64,000 bases of DNA from an uncultured Gammaproteobacteria bacterium (GCA_964351225.1 CAYGNG010000007.1:2590-66589), one strand, 5' to 3'. Counted from the stretch's first letter, positions 1-9,378 are shown. The notes: a model not told the origin generated them from the sequence alone. A program made the numbers and translations.

Positions 1-929
1 TCCTCCTTTGCCCGCTTGTCGAAGTAATTCTTATTCTCAATGAAATTACTGCTGTAACGCGCGTGAAATAAGGCCTGTCCATAGAGCGTAAGTTTACTTC
101 GCAGCTTGCACTTTTCATCCGACACGGGAATCAAGGGTTGATTTCCATAGTAATCAAAAAAAACAATTGCCCGATACACCGCGTTAAATTTTTTCATGAG
201 CGATGGATCATTCATGGTTTTTTTAGCTTCTTTGATGAAGTTCTCGTAGCCTTGATATTCCTCGCCAAGTATCGACTTTAGTTTATTCAACCCCTGGGCA
301 GAATAAAATAAATTTCCAAGAAGGGTAGTCAATTCACGGATATTTTCTGTGCTTGGGGTATTTGGATAGTTTTCTTTATATGTGGTGCAACAAACAGTCC
401 CTTGGTCAAACATTTTGTCATTATATATGCTATTAATGAGTCCTGGTAAACGAGCAATCTCTGACTCAGCAAACCTTTCCAATTGATCCGCCATTGCTTT
501 TTCATCCGCCATCTTGACGGTTGGCTCGATCCCAAGCGCTGAAAATAATTCCTTGCCATCGAAGTAGGCTCTGGCTTTTATCATGGGATTAAGTTCGTTA
601 TTCAGAATAATGTTACAGATAGCCTGGTTAAGCGTTGTGACTCCCGTCGTGACCTCTAAATTCAACAGCTCGCGCTTAAGCCATTTACTTTCATTTGTTT
701 TGTCGTTAAGGTAGGAGACAACAGCGGTAACCGAATCATGAAAATTTTCGTAAATATGCCCATCGCTCCCGCGCGTTGTTGATTTATGAAGCTGATCCAA
801 TGAATCCATAAGCTTGTTAAAAAGGTCCCGCTCTAGATCAGTGGGATTACTTGCCCCTTCTTCTGGGTTGTTGATGACTTGTTTCTTGCCCCATTTTTGA
901 TTTCTTTTACTTTTACTATACATAAACAT
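1..929 (-). CDS. Hypothetical protein, partial. N-terminal 309 codons are in the window; the C-terminus runs off the 5' edge.
   Basis: I checked triplet by triplet: the minus-strand frame from ATG 929 is open through position 3. An in-frame upstream stop sits at 945-947. There is no recognisable domain. The 76-aa ORF at 329..559 lies in another frame inside it. Confidence 0.5.
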   Translation of the reverse strand, partial: MFMYSKSKRNQKWGKKQVINNPEEGASNPTDLERDLFNKLMDSLDQLHKSTTRGSDGHIYENFHDSVTAVVSYLNDKTNESKWLKRELLNLEVTTGVTTLNQAICNIILNNELNPMIKARAYFDGKELFSALGIEPTVKMADEKAMADQLERFAESEIARLPGLINSIYNDKMFDQGTVCCTTYKENYPNTPSTENIRELTTLLGNLFYSAQGLNKLKSILGEEYQGYENFIKEAKKTMNDPSLMKKFNAVYRAIVFFDYYGNQPLIPVSDEKCKLRSKLTLYGQALFHARYSSNFIENKNYFDKRAKE

Positions 930-1027
930 AATTAAATCGACCTGTTAAAATTGAAAAGACGGGCACAGTCTAACACCAGAACCTTAAGTGGATATTAATT
1001 ATACAAGCTGATTGCGTGATGGGTGGC

Positions 1028-1219
1028 TTAATGAACGGTATGGCGCTCAATCGAGATGATCTCTCTTGCTTCGAGCAGAGAAAGCTCATGGTAAATTTGC
1101 GCGGCAGATAAACCGGTTGCTTGCGAGATGGTGTCTATTAGTGACGGAGTAAGCACCCCGCCAATACCAGGCATAGCAAGCTCAGAATGTACTGTGATAA
1201 TAGTAATCGCTCTATCCAT
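1028..1219 (-). CDS. Small helix-turn-helix (winged-helix-like) regulator, about 63 aa
   Basis: The C-terminal 63 aa of the 108-aa ORF (MDRAITII...ISQATGLSAAQIYHELSLLEAREII) look like an HTH. The N-terminal 45 aa of the listed ORF are low-complexity and probably untranslated. It is divergent from the SDR/E1 module. Confidence 0.4.
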   Translation of the reverse strand: MDRAITIITVHSELAMPGIGGVLTPSLIDTISQATGLSAAQIYHELSLLEAREIISIERHTVH

Positions 1220-1347
1220 AATCACCCCACCGTATTCCGCCCTATGCCGAATATATCGACTTAAAAGACAAAGACTTGAATCGAATAAGAGGAAAATAGT
1301 TGCTACAATGCAACAAAAGCAACGACTCAAAGAAAGTGGGGAAAAAC

Positions 1348-2103
1348 ATGCCAAAAACCTGGGGGTTACAAAATAAATTTGCGCTGATTTTTGGGGTAAA
1401 CCAAGGCGTGAGTATCAGCCTGGTTGAGACATTTTTAAATTTGGGTGCAACGCTTTGGATCGTTGGCAACGATCACACTCGATTAGAGTATCTCATCGAC
1501 TCGGCGCCACCGGAAAAAAAAGATTTTCTGCAAACGACCTATATTGAAACACTCAATAAAAAATCGATTGCTCATTTTTTTGATGAAACCTTTGCATCCA
1601 TCCAGCAAATAGATGTTTTAGTTAATATTACCTCCCTATCGACACGCAAATCCATGTTGGCTTATTCCGTCGATGAGTTAGAAGCAACATTGCAAAAACA
1701 GCTCGTCAATTATTTTGTTATTTGCCAACGCAGCTATCAATATATGCAAAAACCCACACCCAGCAGCATCATTAATCTCTTATCAATCCATGGCGTGCTC
1801 CATGCCGCGGATGCTTCAATCGACGGTATGTTTAAATCTGCCCTGATTAATTTAACCAAATCGTTAGCTTGCGAGTGGGGCAAGCACAACATCCGCGTTA
1901 ACTCCGTGCTCGGTGGTTTAACGCATCATGAAAAAATGGGTGCCGGATCAGCGCAGTGGGTTTCCACCACCATTGCAAAATCGCCGCTGCGGCGATTATG
2001 TGAACCAGAAGAGATAGCTAATGCCGTCAGTTTCTTAGCAATGGATGCGGCTTCTTGCATTACGGGTCACTGCCTCTTAGCTGATGCGGGCATTAACCTT
2101 TGA
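1348..2103 (+). CDS. SDR-family oxidoreductase, atypical. The glycine motif is degenerate and the catalytic Tyr is not evident.
   Basis: The C-terminal region resembles SDRs (NIRVNSVLGGL, SFLAMDAASCITGHCLLADAG). The N-terminus has ALIFGVNQGVS in place of TGxxxGxG. The start is moved to the ATG at 1348, which is preceded by GGGGA. Confidence 0.6.
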   Translation: MPKTWGLQNKFALIFGVNQGVSISLVETFLNLGATLWIVGNDHTRLEYLIDSAPPEKKDFLQTTYIETLNKKSIAHFFDETFASIQQIDVLVNITSLSTRKSMLAYSVDELEATLQKQLVNYFVICQRSYQYMQKPTPSSIINLLSIHGVLHAADASIDGMFKSALINLTKSLACEWGKHNIRVNSVLGGLTHHEKMGAGSAQWVSTTIAKSPLRRLCEPEEIANAVSFLAMDAASCITGHCLLADAGINL

Positions 2104-4299
2104 ATGGAGGATTTTCTCGATGATGTCTTGCTGGTTAGGCAACACGGTTTGCCAAGAATCTCCCGTTGGAATAAAACTATCGCAACCGGTGATCCGCTCA
2201 ATTTTAGGAGGCTCAGGTAATCGCTCTAAAATATTGGCGATTAACGCCTCGCTCACACTGCCACTTGAACGCCCCTCATCCACGATTAACACATATTTTT
2301 TATCTTTTATTTTAGGTAATAACGCATCCAAGGGCAGCGGCGCTAACCAATGCAAATCGATCACGGCGACAGAAATTTCATGGTCATTCCGTAAAATTTC
2401 AGCGGCTTGTTGCGACAGATAGCAACCATTGCCATAAGAAATAATAGCAAGTTCATCTGAAGCGCCATGCTGTGTGACCTCACCATAAACCATTTCCTCA
2501 TGCAATTCTGGATAGGTACATAACCACCGATTATCTCCTTTATCGAGAAAGTCTTTGGTCATATACAAAGCAATGGGTTCTAAAAACAAAACAATGCGCT
2601 GCTCAATATACGCCAACCGAACACAGGTTCGTAACAGTTTTACCGCATCGGCACCGTTGCTTGGACACGCAACAATAACGCCTGGCAAATCTCTTAATGC
2701 GGCCGTTGAGTTGTCATTATGAAAATGACCACCGAATCCTTTTTGATAACCTAAGCTCGCTATGCGTACGACCATGGGATTGGTGAATTGTTTATTGGAA
2801 AAAAATGACATTGTCGCTGCTTCACCGCGAATTTGATCTTGAGCATTATGATAATAGGCTAAAAACTGTATCTCTGGTATTGGTAAAAAACCATTATGTG
2901 CCAGGCCAATGGCATGACCGAGAATGGTCTGCTCATCTAAAAGTGTATCAAACACACGCCGCCTGCCAAATCGTGCTTGTAAATCCGCTGTTACGCGATA
3001 AACTCCGCCTTTTTGACCAACATCTTCACCAAAAATAACCATATTCTTATACTGCAGCATGAGATCCGTCAAAGCATAATTAATAAGCTGGCACATATTA
3101 CGAGGTGTATTTAACATTTTAAACTGCGTGCCAAATAACTTTTCTCTCTGTATTTTTTCGGGAATACTCGGGACCGATTTTTGCAACGGGTTAGGAATAA
3201 GACTTGCCATAACCGCTTCGGCCGTTGTCAATTTGGGTTCGAATAAAACCTCATCGGCCAATTGTTTAATGGTGGCTCGCAGTGACTCATATTTGTCGAT
3301 GATTTCTTGCGGTGACAACCACGCTTCATCGACACAAATTCGCGCAGAATGTAATAGTGGATCATTAGCCTCATCGGCTCGAATTGCCTGCTCCGTACGA
3401 TAATGCAACTCAACATCGGACCCGGCATGGCCTAACAAGCGTATGGTTTTCATATGTAAGAACACCGGAATTTTTTTCTTTCTTGCCAAATGGAACGCTT
3501 GATGGGCTGCCCAAACCACATTCGGTAAATGTAAGCCATCGGCAGCGATATAATGAAACAATGCGTGTTTAAATTTGGTTTCGATCCAAGATTTCGGGGT
3601 TGGCACGGAAATGCCCGTGCCATTGTCTTCACAAACAAAAACAATGGGCAAAGGATACTGGGCATGTCGGATCCACTCGGCTGTGTTAAAAGCCCCCAAA
3701 GCGGTACTGTGATTAACTGACGCATCACCAAAACTGCAGATTATCACACTGTCATCCGATAACACCCTATCGATATTAAGCTCTCGTGCCCGTTGAATTG
3801 AAAATGCGGTGGCAACGGCTTTAGGAAGATGCGAAGCAATCGTCGAAGTTTGTGGTGGGATGAGCATTTCCTTTGAACCGAATACTTTATGCCGACCACC
3901 TGAAGCCGGATCTTGTTTTGAAGCAACAAAAGATCGCAGTAAATCGCGTAAGATATTGGGATTGTTATATTTTAAGCTGCGCTGTATAAAAAATGCGGCA
4001 CTTCGGTAATGTAAAAATGACATATCCTGTATACCCGAAGCCAAGGCAATCGCGGCATTGCCTTCATGCCCGCTGCTTCCTATTGTATAAAAGGACTGAC
4101 CGGATTCTTTCAACGCTCTGGCAATAATATCCAGCAACCGGCTTGCCATCTGCGACTCAAAAAGCGATAAAAAAACATCCCTCGATAAGTTCGCTTGTGC
4201 AACCGTTGTTTGACTCGTTGCTGGCGGGAATTTTTCAGCAAGAACCGAGTCAACAAATTGCTTATCGACCACTTCAGCACGATTTAAATTTATGCCCAT
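2077..4299 (-). CDS. TPP-dependent 2-oxoacid dehydrogenase E1 component, fused alpha/beta subunits (740 aa)
   Basis: The N-terminal half carries a TPP-binding motif (SFGDASVNHSTALGAFNTAE...VCEDNG). The C-terminal half is transketolase-like beta (FGEDVGQKGGVYRVT, FDTLLDEQTILG, ACPSNGADAVKLLR). Confidence 0.8.
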   Translation of the reverse strand: MGINLNRAEVVDKQFVDSVLAEKFPPATSQTTVAQANLSRDVFLSLFESQMASRLLDIIARALKESGQSFYTIGSSGHEGNAAIALASGIQDMSFLHYRSAAFFIQRSLKYNNPNILRDLLRSFVASKQDPASGGRHKVFGSKEMLIPPQTSTIASHLPKAVATAFSIQRARELNIDRVLSDDSVIICSFGDASVNHSTALGAFNTAEWIRHAQYPLPIVFVCEDNGTGISVPTPKSWIETKFKHALFHYIAADGLHLPNVVWAAHQAFHLARKKKIPVFLHMKTIRLLGHAGSDVELHYRTEQAIRADEANDPLLHSARICVDEAWLSPQEIIDKYESLRATIKQLADEVLFEPKLTTAEAVMASLIPNPLQKSVPSIPEKIQREKLFGTQFKMLNTPRNMCQLINYALTDLMLQYKNMVIFGEDVGQKGGVYRVTADLQARFGRRRVFDTLLDEQTILGHAIGLAHNGFLPIPEIQFLAYYHNAQDQIRGEAATMSFFSNKQFTNPMVVRIASLGYQKGFGGHFHNDNSTAALRDLPGVIVACPSNGADAVKLLRTCVRLAYIEQRIVLFLEPIALYMTKDFLDKGDNRWLCTYPELHEEMVYGEVTQHGASDELAIISYGNGCYLSQQAAEILRNDHEISVAVIDLHWLAPLPLDALLPKIKDKKYVLIVDEGRSSGSVSEALIANILERLPEPPKIERITGCDSFIPTGDSWQTVLPNQQDIIEKILHSKVNARIS

Positions 4300-4802
4300 G
4301 AGGATGAACCAAACAATTCCAATTGCGACGATGAAACTGGTATAGGATGCGGGCTAACACTTGCTCTAATTGCTTCACCCTGAAACTCATCTATTGTTCT
4401 TAGATCGATATATTGACTGCACTTGTTTCTATGCGGCCGTTGCAGTGCTTGAGAGAGTAAAGAAATAACTTGTTGTGTTATTTTATCGCTTAGATACCGA
4501 TCTTGAGTTTGAAAAAAAAGCGGTTCGCGATCAGCAATATGACAAAATATGATTTTAGGGAATTCCAATTTTAGTCTGGTGTAGCTGAGCACACTGTTTG
4601 CCTCTTCTTCTTTGCTCATATCCACAATTAAAATTTCAGATTGATCAATTATTTTTTTTAATTCATCAATCTGTGACGGGTAATAGGTATCTAAAGACAG
4701 TTTTTTTACGACGGCGCCAAGGTTTGAAAAAATTTGTCCCACCCACGATGACCAAGCATAGGTATGGCTTAAATCAAGAACACGATAGAAACTGCTTAAC
4801 AT
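4290..4802 (-). CDS. Hypothetical protein, possibly a degenerate receiver-like domain
   Basis: A 170-aa ORF overlaps the E1 start by 10 nt, suggesting an operon. A weak CheY-like pattern is present (ILIVDMS...PKIIFC). Confidence 0.4.
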   Translation of the reverse strand: MLSSFYRVLDLSHTYAWSSWVGQIFSNLGAVVKKLSLDTYYPSQIDELKKIIDQSEILIVDMSKEEEANSVLSYTRLKLEFPKIIFCHIADREPLFFQTQDRYLSDKITQQVISLLSQALQRPHRNKCSQYIDLRTIDEFQGEAIRASVSPHPIPVSSSQLELFGSSSWA

Positions 4803-4924
4803 AGTACTACCCTACTTAATTGCATTTGTGAAATACTGATCACGACCTTTCATTAGAAAAGACGGCTAGTATATACTAAAACGTTTAACGGCTTTAAAAC
4901 TATTTGTAACTCGTTAGCAAAAAC

Positions 4925-6154
4925 ATGAAAATATCATTACCGATCCCTAATTTGTTCAATCGATTGCAAAGCTTGCTGGATCCAATCAAGCCAACACCAC
5001 AATTGATGCAAACTTTACAAATTGGCAATCGTCTTGATGCCATTGTGCTCGGGCAACCAAAACTTGGCGTAACACATTTAGCTATCAATGGCGTTGTTGT
5101 TACCGTTAACTCGGGTATGTTGCAACTCACTCCCGGTCAAGGGCTGCAATTATTAGTGGCTGATCGGCAAGATCCGATTAAGTTGAGGATCTTAACCGAT
5201 TTATCGCAGCCAAACTCCATAAGCCAATTTCTGAAACAAGCATTACCCTTCCAAAATTCTTCATCGTGGTTGCTCACGAACTTATTATACTTGTCACAAA
5301 CACAACATACTAAATCCATGAATTTTGTACCAAGAGAGATTATTGCGCTCTGTCAAAAGCTCTTGCGTCAACTCCCCACGCGCAAATCCGTATCCACCGC
5401 CGATGGCTTAAAAAAAGCCTTGCTAAAAAGTGGTGCTTTTTTTGAAAAGCAATTGTTCTCTTGCCAAGATCCCTTACAACAACAGATAACCTTACGAGAA
5501 GATTTCAAAGCACTACGAATTCAACTTGAAAACGTACTTGAACAATTTCATGACGAATCGACAAGCCCGGAGTTAAAAACTTCCCCAATACGACTGCCAC
5601 AAACGCCACCGCCATTGAAACAAACCATGCCAACCGCACAAGGGCAAGTCGAAGCCACTGTCTTGCTCCTGGAAAAAAATGCAGACGCACTGATTATTGA
5701 ATTACTCGCTCAAGTTAAATCCAGCCTAGCAAGAACCCAGTTAACCCAATTGGCGTCTTTGTCATCTGAAAATCAAATGATACCGCTGTGGCTATTTGAA
5801 TTAGCTGTTAAAGAGCAAGCGCGTATTGATTTATTCCAAATTGAAATAGAACAAAACCGTAAAGAAATCGAGGATCCAGAGCAAAGCGCATGGTCAATCC
5901 GGATGGCATTTGATTTAGCCAATCTTGGCCCTTTGCAGGTCATCATGAAATGTCAGCGGTCGCAAATTTCTGTATTTTTTTTAACGGCTTTGCCCGAAAC
6001 GCGTGAAAAAATCAACCAAGACATTGAACACCTAACGCAATCATTTAAAGCACAGGGACTTCTACTAAAAGATGTGCACTGTGTAATTGGCAATCTTGAT
6101 AGAAAAAACAACCCACCGAGCCCTGATGGAACAATACTCAATGAAAAAGCATAA
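4925..6154 (+). CDS. fliK: Flagellar hook-length control protein FliK
   Basis: The N-terminus is Pro/Gln-rich and low-complexity. The C-terminal Flg_hook-like domain reads WSIRMAFDLANLGPLQVIMKCQRSQISVFF. The gene sits in the flagellar locus. Confidence 0.65.
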   Translation: MKISLPIPNLFNRLQSLLDPIKPTPQLMQTLQIGNRLDAIVLGQPKLGVTHLAINGVVVTVNSGMLQLTPGQGLQLLVADRQDPIKLRILTDLSQPNSISQFLKQALPFQNSSSWLLTNLLYLSQTQHTKSMNFVPREIIALCQKLLRQLPTRKSVSTADGLKKALLKSGAFFEKQLFSCQDPLQQQITLREDFKALRIQLENVLEQFHDESTSPELKTSPIRLPQTPPPLKQTMPTAQGQVEATVLLLEKNADALIIELLAQVKSSLARTQLTQLASLSSENQMIPLWLFELAVKEQARIDLFQIEIEQNRKEIEDPEQSAWSIRMAFDLANLGPLQVIMKCQRSQISVFFLTALPETREKINQDIEHLTQSFKAQGLLLKDVHCVIGNLDRKNNPPSPDGTILNEKA

Positions 6155-6434
6155 CGACCAATCTGAAATCGCCATCGCCTTGTCTTACGATGGTGAAAAT
6201 GCCCCAATCATCCGTGCAAAAGGTGAGGATGAATGGGCGATGCGTATCGTAGAAATTGCCAAACAGCATAATGTGCTTATTCATCAAGACCCGGTGCTTA
6301 CCAAAATTCTTTCGCAGCTCGCACTTGGTGAAGAAATTCCGGAATTTTTATATGTGAGCATTGCGACTATCATTGCGTTTGCCTACAAGCTGAACAACAA
6401 GTGTCCGCCTCATCGAAAAGATCTATCCTCATAA
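6141..6434 (+). CDS. FlhB C-terminal domain-like protein (short FlhB/YscU paralogue)
   Basis: MKKHNDQSEIAIALSYDGENAPIIRAKGEDEWAMRIVEIAKQHNVLIHQDPVLTKIL matches the FlhB cytoplasmic-domain pattern. The start is the ATG at 6141, which overlaps the fliK stop. Confidence 0.7.
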   Translation: MKKHNDQSEIAIALSYDGENAPIIRAKGEDEWAMRIVEIAKQHNVLIHQDPVLTKILSQLALGEEIPEFLYVSIATIIAFAYKLNNKCPPHRKDLSS

Positions 6435-6545
6435 CTTTTTCCATCACTGTCCACTTGTTGCTGCTCAACATTTACAGCTGGGGCTGCTAAAAATTAAAAT
6501 AGCTGATAGAATGCTCCTTGTTAGTGAAGTTCGGACCCGCATCTT

Positions 6546-7934
6546 ATGTTAATCAATCACACCCCATTCGTAAGCTTTTGCAAACAAGACAGCCCCTTCG
6601 CCAAGCAATTTGAAACAAATCGGGTATTAAATATTGCGACGCTTATTCAGCTGAAAAATTTTACCGAACGTTGCACGAACACAGAGCTGCATTCCGTTAT
6701 CATTAACGCGGAATCATCTCCCGATTGCGATTTTTTAATATTTCATTTTTTATTTCAACTTTTAATAATACTCGAGGAGAAGCCGACCCGCCTCAACGTA
6801 ACCGAGGAACAGGTCGCATTTACACTGAAAAGCAAATTTCAAATGAAGGGTTTTTTTACCCATAAATTTCTTGCGATGACGGCTGGCTTATACAATATCC
6901 AATTACCAGTTCGCCTTCCGATCGCTATCGATGAATATCACATTTTTTTAAAAGAGCTGATGTATCTTGATGATTTTGTTAAAGCATCCCCCACCATTCT
7001 TAACGAGATAACTTTTTTAAACAAATACCTTCACGCAGTTACCGGCTATACAGATATTTTGAGCTATCCGTCTCGGAGTGGGAGCTTACTTATTTGGGGG
7101 CATTCTCTGTCCAAAATCATTCAGGCAACCTGCGATTATATCCATACTTATTCTGAAGAAAAACCGGAACAACAGTGGCTGGTGGACAAAAATCGAGCCA
7201 TGCTTAACGCCTTTAAAAATTCCCTGATGGCGTCTCCCCGCGACAGCAAGCAAGAAACACTTTTTAAAAACCTCAATGAAAAATTTCGAGCCGTTATTGC
7301 GGCTCATTGTGAAGATAGTTGTCTTGCAGAAATCGATCTAACCCCTGGAAATGTTAGAAATCTCACACCGTCACAAGTGGCTTATCGCGCAAATTTACAA
7401 AGCATTCCAACCTTGGTGGGGTTGGCTGATTGCATTGCGCAATATCTTCAAAGATCCAATCCCAACCGAAGCAATTGCAATCCCAACATATTACAACGCG
7501 ATATTACTTTATCTTGGCTGCAAGTTATACTCACGGCGACACCCAACCCCGAGTTTACTGGAACATGGGAAGAACATTTATTTCATCTCATGATGGCTAG
7601 TTGCAACCCAACACTCATGTATAACGACCATCATGGAAGACCTTGCTTGGATAGCTGGCTCGGAAAAACATTTACACGCACCGCCCAAGCGATGATTTGC
7701 AAAACGCGCTTATACTTTTTAAACAACATATTAAACCATGAAATTTCACACCTAGATCCAAATGAGGCAATGGCTCGGTTACACCGCGTTAAAACGAATG
7801 TAATTTTCTGCCGGCATACGAGTTCTTTCTGGGGCGGAGGATTTGGTCGTACAGAACCGCTCTGTATCGCTGACAAAAAAATTGCTAGCATACAAAAAAC
7901 GTCTCATGTTCCCATGCGAAATCAGCGCTCATAA
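6546..7934 (+). CDS. Hypothetical protein, 462 aa, no recognisable domain
   Basis: The ORF is long and clean, with codon usage like its neighbours. It is convergent with the DUF2802 gene and overlaps it by 13 nt. Confidence 0.5.
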   Translation: MLINHTPFVSFCKQDSPFAKQFETNRVLNIATLIQLKNFTERCTNTELHSVIINAESSPDCDFLIFHFLFQLLIILEEKPTRLNVTEEQVAFTLKSKFQMKGFFTHKFLAMTAGLYNIQLPVRLPIAIDEYHIFLKELMYLDDFVKASPTILNEITFLNKYLHAVTGYTDILSYPSRSGSLLIWGHSLSKIIQATCDYIHTYSEEKPEQQWLVDKNRAMLNAFKNSLMASPRDSKQETLFKNLNEKFRAVIAAHCEDSCLAEIDLTPGNVRNLTPSQVAYRANLQSIPTLVGLADCIAQYLQRSNPNRSNCNPNILQRDITLSWLQVILTATPNPEFTGTWEEHLFHLMMASCNPTLMYNDHHGRPCLDSWLGKTFTRTAQAMICKTRLYFLNNILNHEISHLDPNEAMARLHRVKTNVIFCRHTSSFWGGGFGRTEPLCIADKKIASIQKTSHVPMRNQRS

Positions 7935-8326
7935 ACAGCAAGATTTGTCGGCGCTTTTTTCTTGTGCAGTTGGCATAACAATTCGGCCTCTGCATGTGTT
8001 ATCCCACAAACTTTTATAACCTCATCAAGACTCGCGCCGATCCGCAACATTTCGGTCGCTTGTTTATAGTAAGCGTTTTGGTTGGTTTCGGTATTCAGCT
8101 TAACCATGTCTTTTTGAGTGACAGCAACATCCGAAAAATGCTTTTCCATCTCGGCAATGCGCTTACTCACATTTGACAAGCTTCGGGTGAATACCCGGAT
8201 CTCCCTTACCAAGAGTTTATTGCTATTCTCCAATTGATTTTGCAAGCGATACAATCGAAATGCCAGCATGACGATGAACATCAAGCTTACTATACTTAAA
8301 GCCAGGTAGGCTGTTTCAGCTATCAC
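7922..8326 (-). CDS. DUF2802-family flagellar-locus protein
   Basis: An N-terminal TM helix is followed by a C-terminal LRIGASLDEVIKVCGITHAEAELL motif. This family commonly lies downstream of motAB or motCD. Confidence 0.55.
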   Translation of the reverse strand: MIAETAYLALSIVSLMFIVMLAFRLYRLQNQLENSNKLLVREIRVFTRSLSNVSKRIAEMEKHFSDVAVTQKDMVKLNTETNQNAYYKQATEMLRIGASLDEVIKVCGITHAEAELLCQLHKKKAPTNLAVYER

Positions 8327-9378
8327 TGTCTTACTCCTGTCGCCAAAGGGGGTTGCCCAGCCGTTGTGTCACGAAACGCGGGTTCTTTTTGTGCTGCTGG
8401 TTCCTGATTTTTCTGTTTTTCTGGTAAAAAATCCGCGGGCATTCGATTGTCCCCGGGTTGCAGTCTTAATGTTTTTAAATTTACAGCGATTTGATCATCT
8501 TCTATCGTATTCGTTTTTGATAAATGCCTCCTTGTATAGGGCCTCAGTCTATCGGTCAACTCTTCTGATAGTTCATCATTAAGCGCTATGATTAAAGATA
8601 CTCGCCTATTTTTCTTTCTTCCTTCATCCGTTTCATTGTTTCCAACTGGGTGTAATGCCCCGTATCCTACCGCCGTTAGTCGTGCTGAGTTAACCCCATA
8701 CTCTTCGAGCACGCGAACAACGGCAGCTGAACGAGCTGCAGAGAGTTCCCAATTAGAAGGAAAACCTTCGGTTTTAATAGGAATATTATCTGTGTATCCA
8801 GCGACCGAAATAGGGCCATTGTGCTTTTTTAAAATATCTGCAATCAATTCCAGCAAAGGCATAGCCGCATCTCGGGGATACGCACTAGCACTTGGGAAAA
8901 TGGAACGCATCTCAATTTCCAACCAGTCTTCGGAGCGACGCTCTTCAACTGTCTCAAGTGTGGTTCCAATCACTTGACTAAAGCCCAATGCCTCATTACT
9001 GTTATCCACATTGATGCCACCCGGATCTTCATTGTCTTTATTACCTATTTTGATTTCAAATTTGCCACGTAAATTATCTAATATCTCATCTATAACTTCT
9101 TCAAGCTGATCTTGGCTGTTAATCTTGCTGGCAATATGCTTAGCATGCTCATTAAGCGCAATATCATTCATGATTTTTTTTTCAATGTCTCTGGGATCAA
9201 GCTTATTAACTTCTTTAAAAGGAATATCCAGAACATGGAGCAGTGCTTTATATTTTTCTAAGCTTACATTGGTCACCGCATACATCACAACGAATACAGC
9301 AAACAATAGGGTAATAAAGTCAGCATATGAAACTAACCACCTATGCAAATTACTCTTTGACCCTTTACCTACTATCAT
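8323..9378 (-). CDS. motB: Flagellar motor protein MotB (OmpA-like C-terminal domain)
   Basis: The N-terminus has a TM segment (WLVSYADFITLLFAVFVVMY). The OmpA domain reads GYTDNIPIKT...NWELSAARSAAVVRVL...NRRVSLII. Confidence 0.85.
   Translation of the reverse strand: MIVGKGSKSNLHRWLVSYADFITLLFAVFVVMYAVTNVSLEKYKALLHVLDIPFKEVNKLDPRDIEKKIMNDIALNEHAKHIASKINSQDQLEEVIDEILDNLRGKFEIKIGNKDNEDPGGINVDNSNEALGFSQVIGTTLETVEERRSEDWLEIEMRSIFPSASAYPRDAAMPLLELIADILKKHNGPISVAGYTDNIPIKTEGFPSNWELSAARSAAVVRVLEEYGVNSARLTAVGYGALHPVGNNETDEGRKKNRRVSLIIALNDELSEELTDRLRPYTRRHLSKTNTIEDDQIAVNLKTLRLQPGDNRMPADFLPEKQKNQEPAAQKEPAFRDTTAGQPPLATGVRQ

Noticed and set aside
329-559. 76-aa minus-strand ORF
   Set aside because: It lies in a different frame, entirely inside the long open frame 3..929 that I verified codon by codon. 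It is most likely a shadow ORF.
1128-1469. Overlapping ORFs 1128..1376 (+) and 1242..1469 (-)
   Set aside because: They are low-complexity, overlap each other and the HTH and SDR starts, and have no RBS. They are AT-rich shadow ORFs.
3228-3250. tRNA-like T-arm string gggttcgaataaaacc
   Set aside because: It is inside the E1 coding sequence, with no acceptor or anticodon arm context. No tRNA is supported anywhere in the window.
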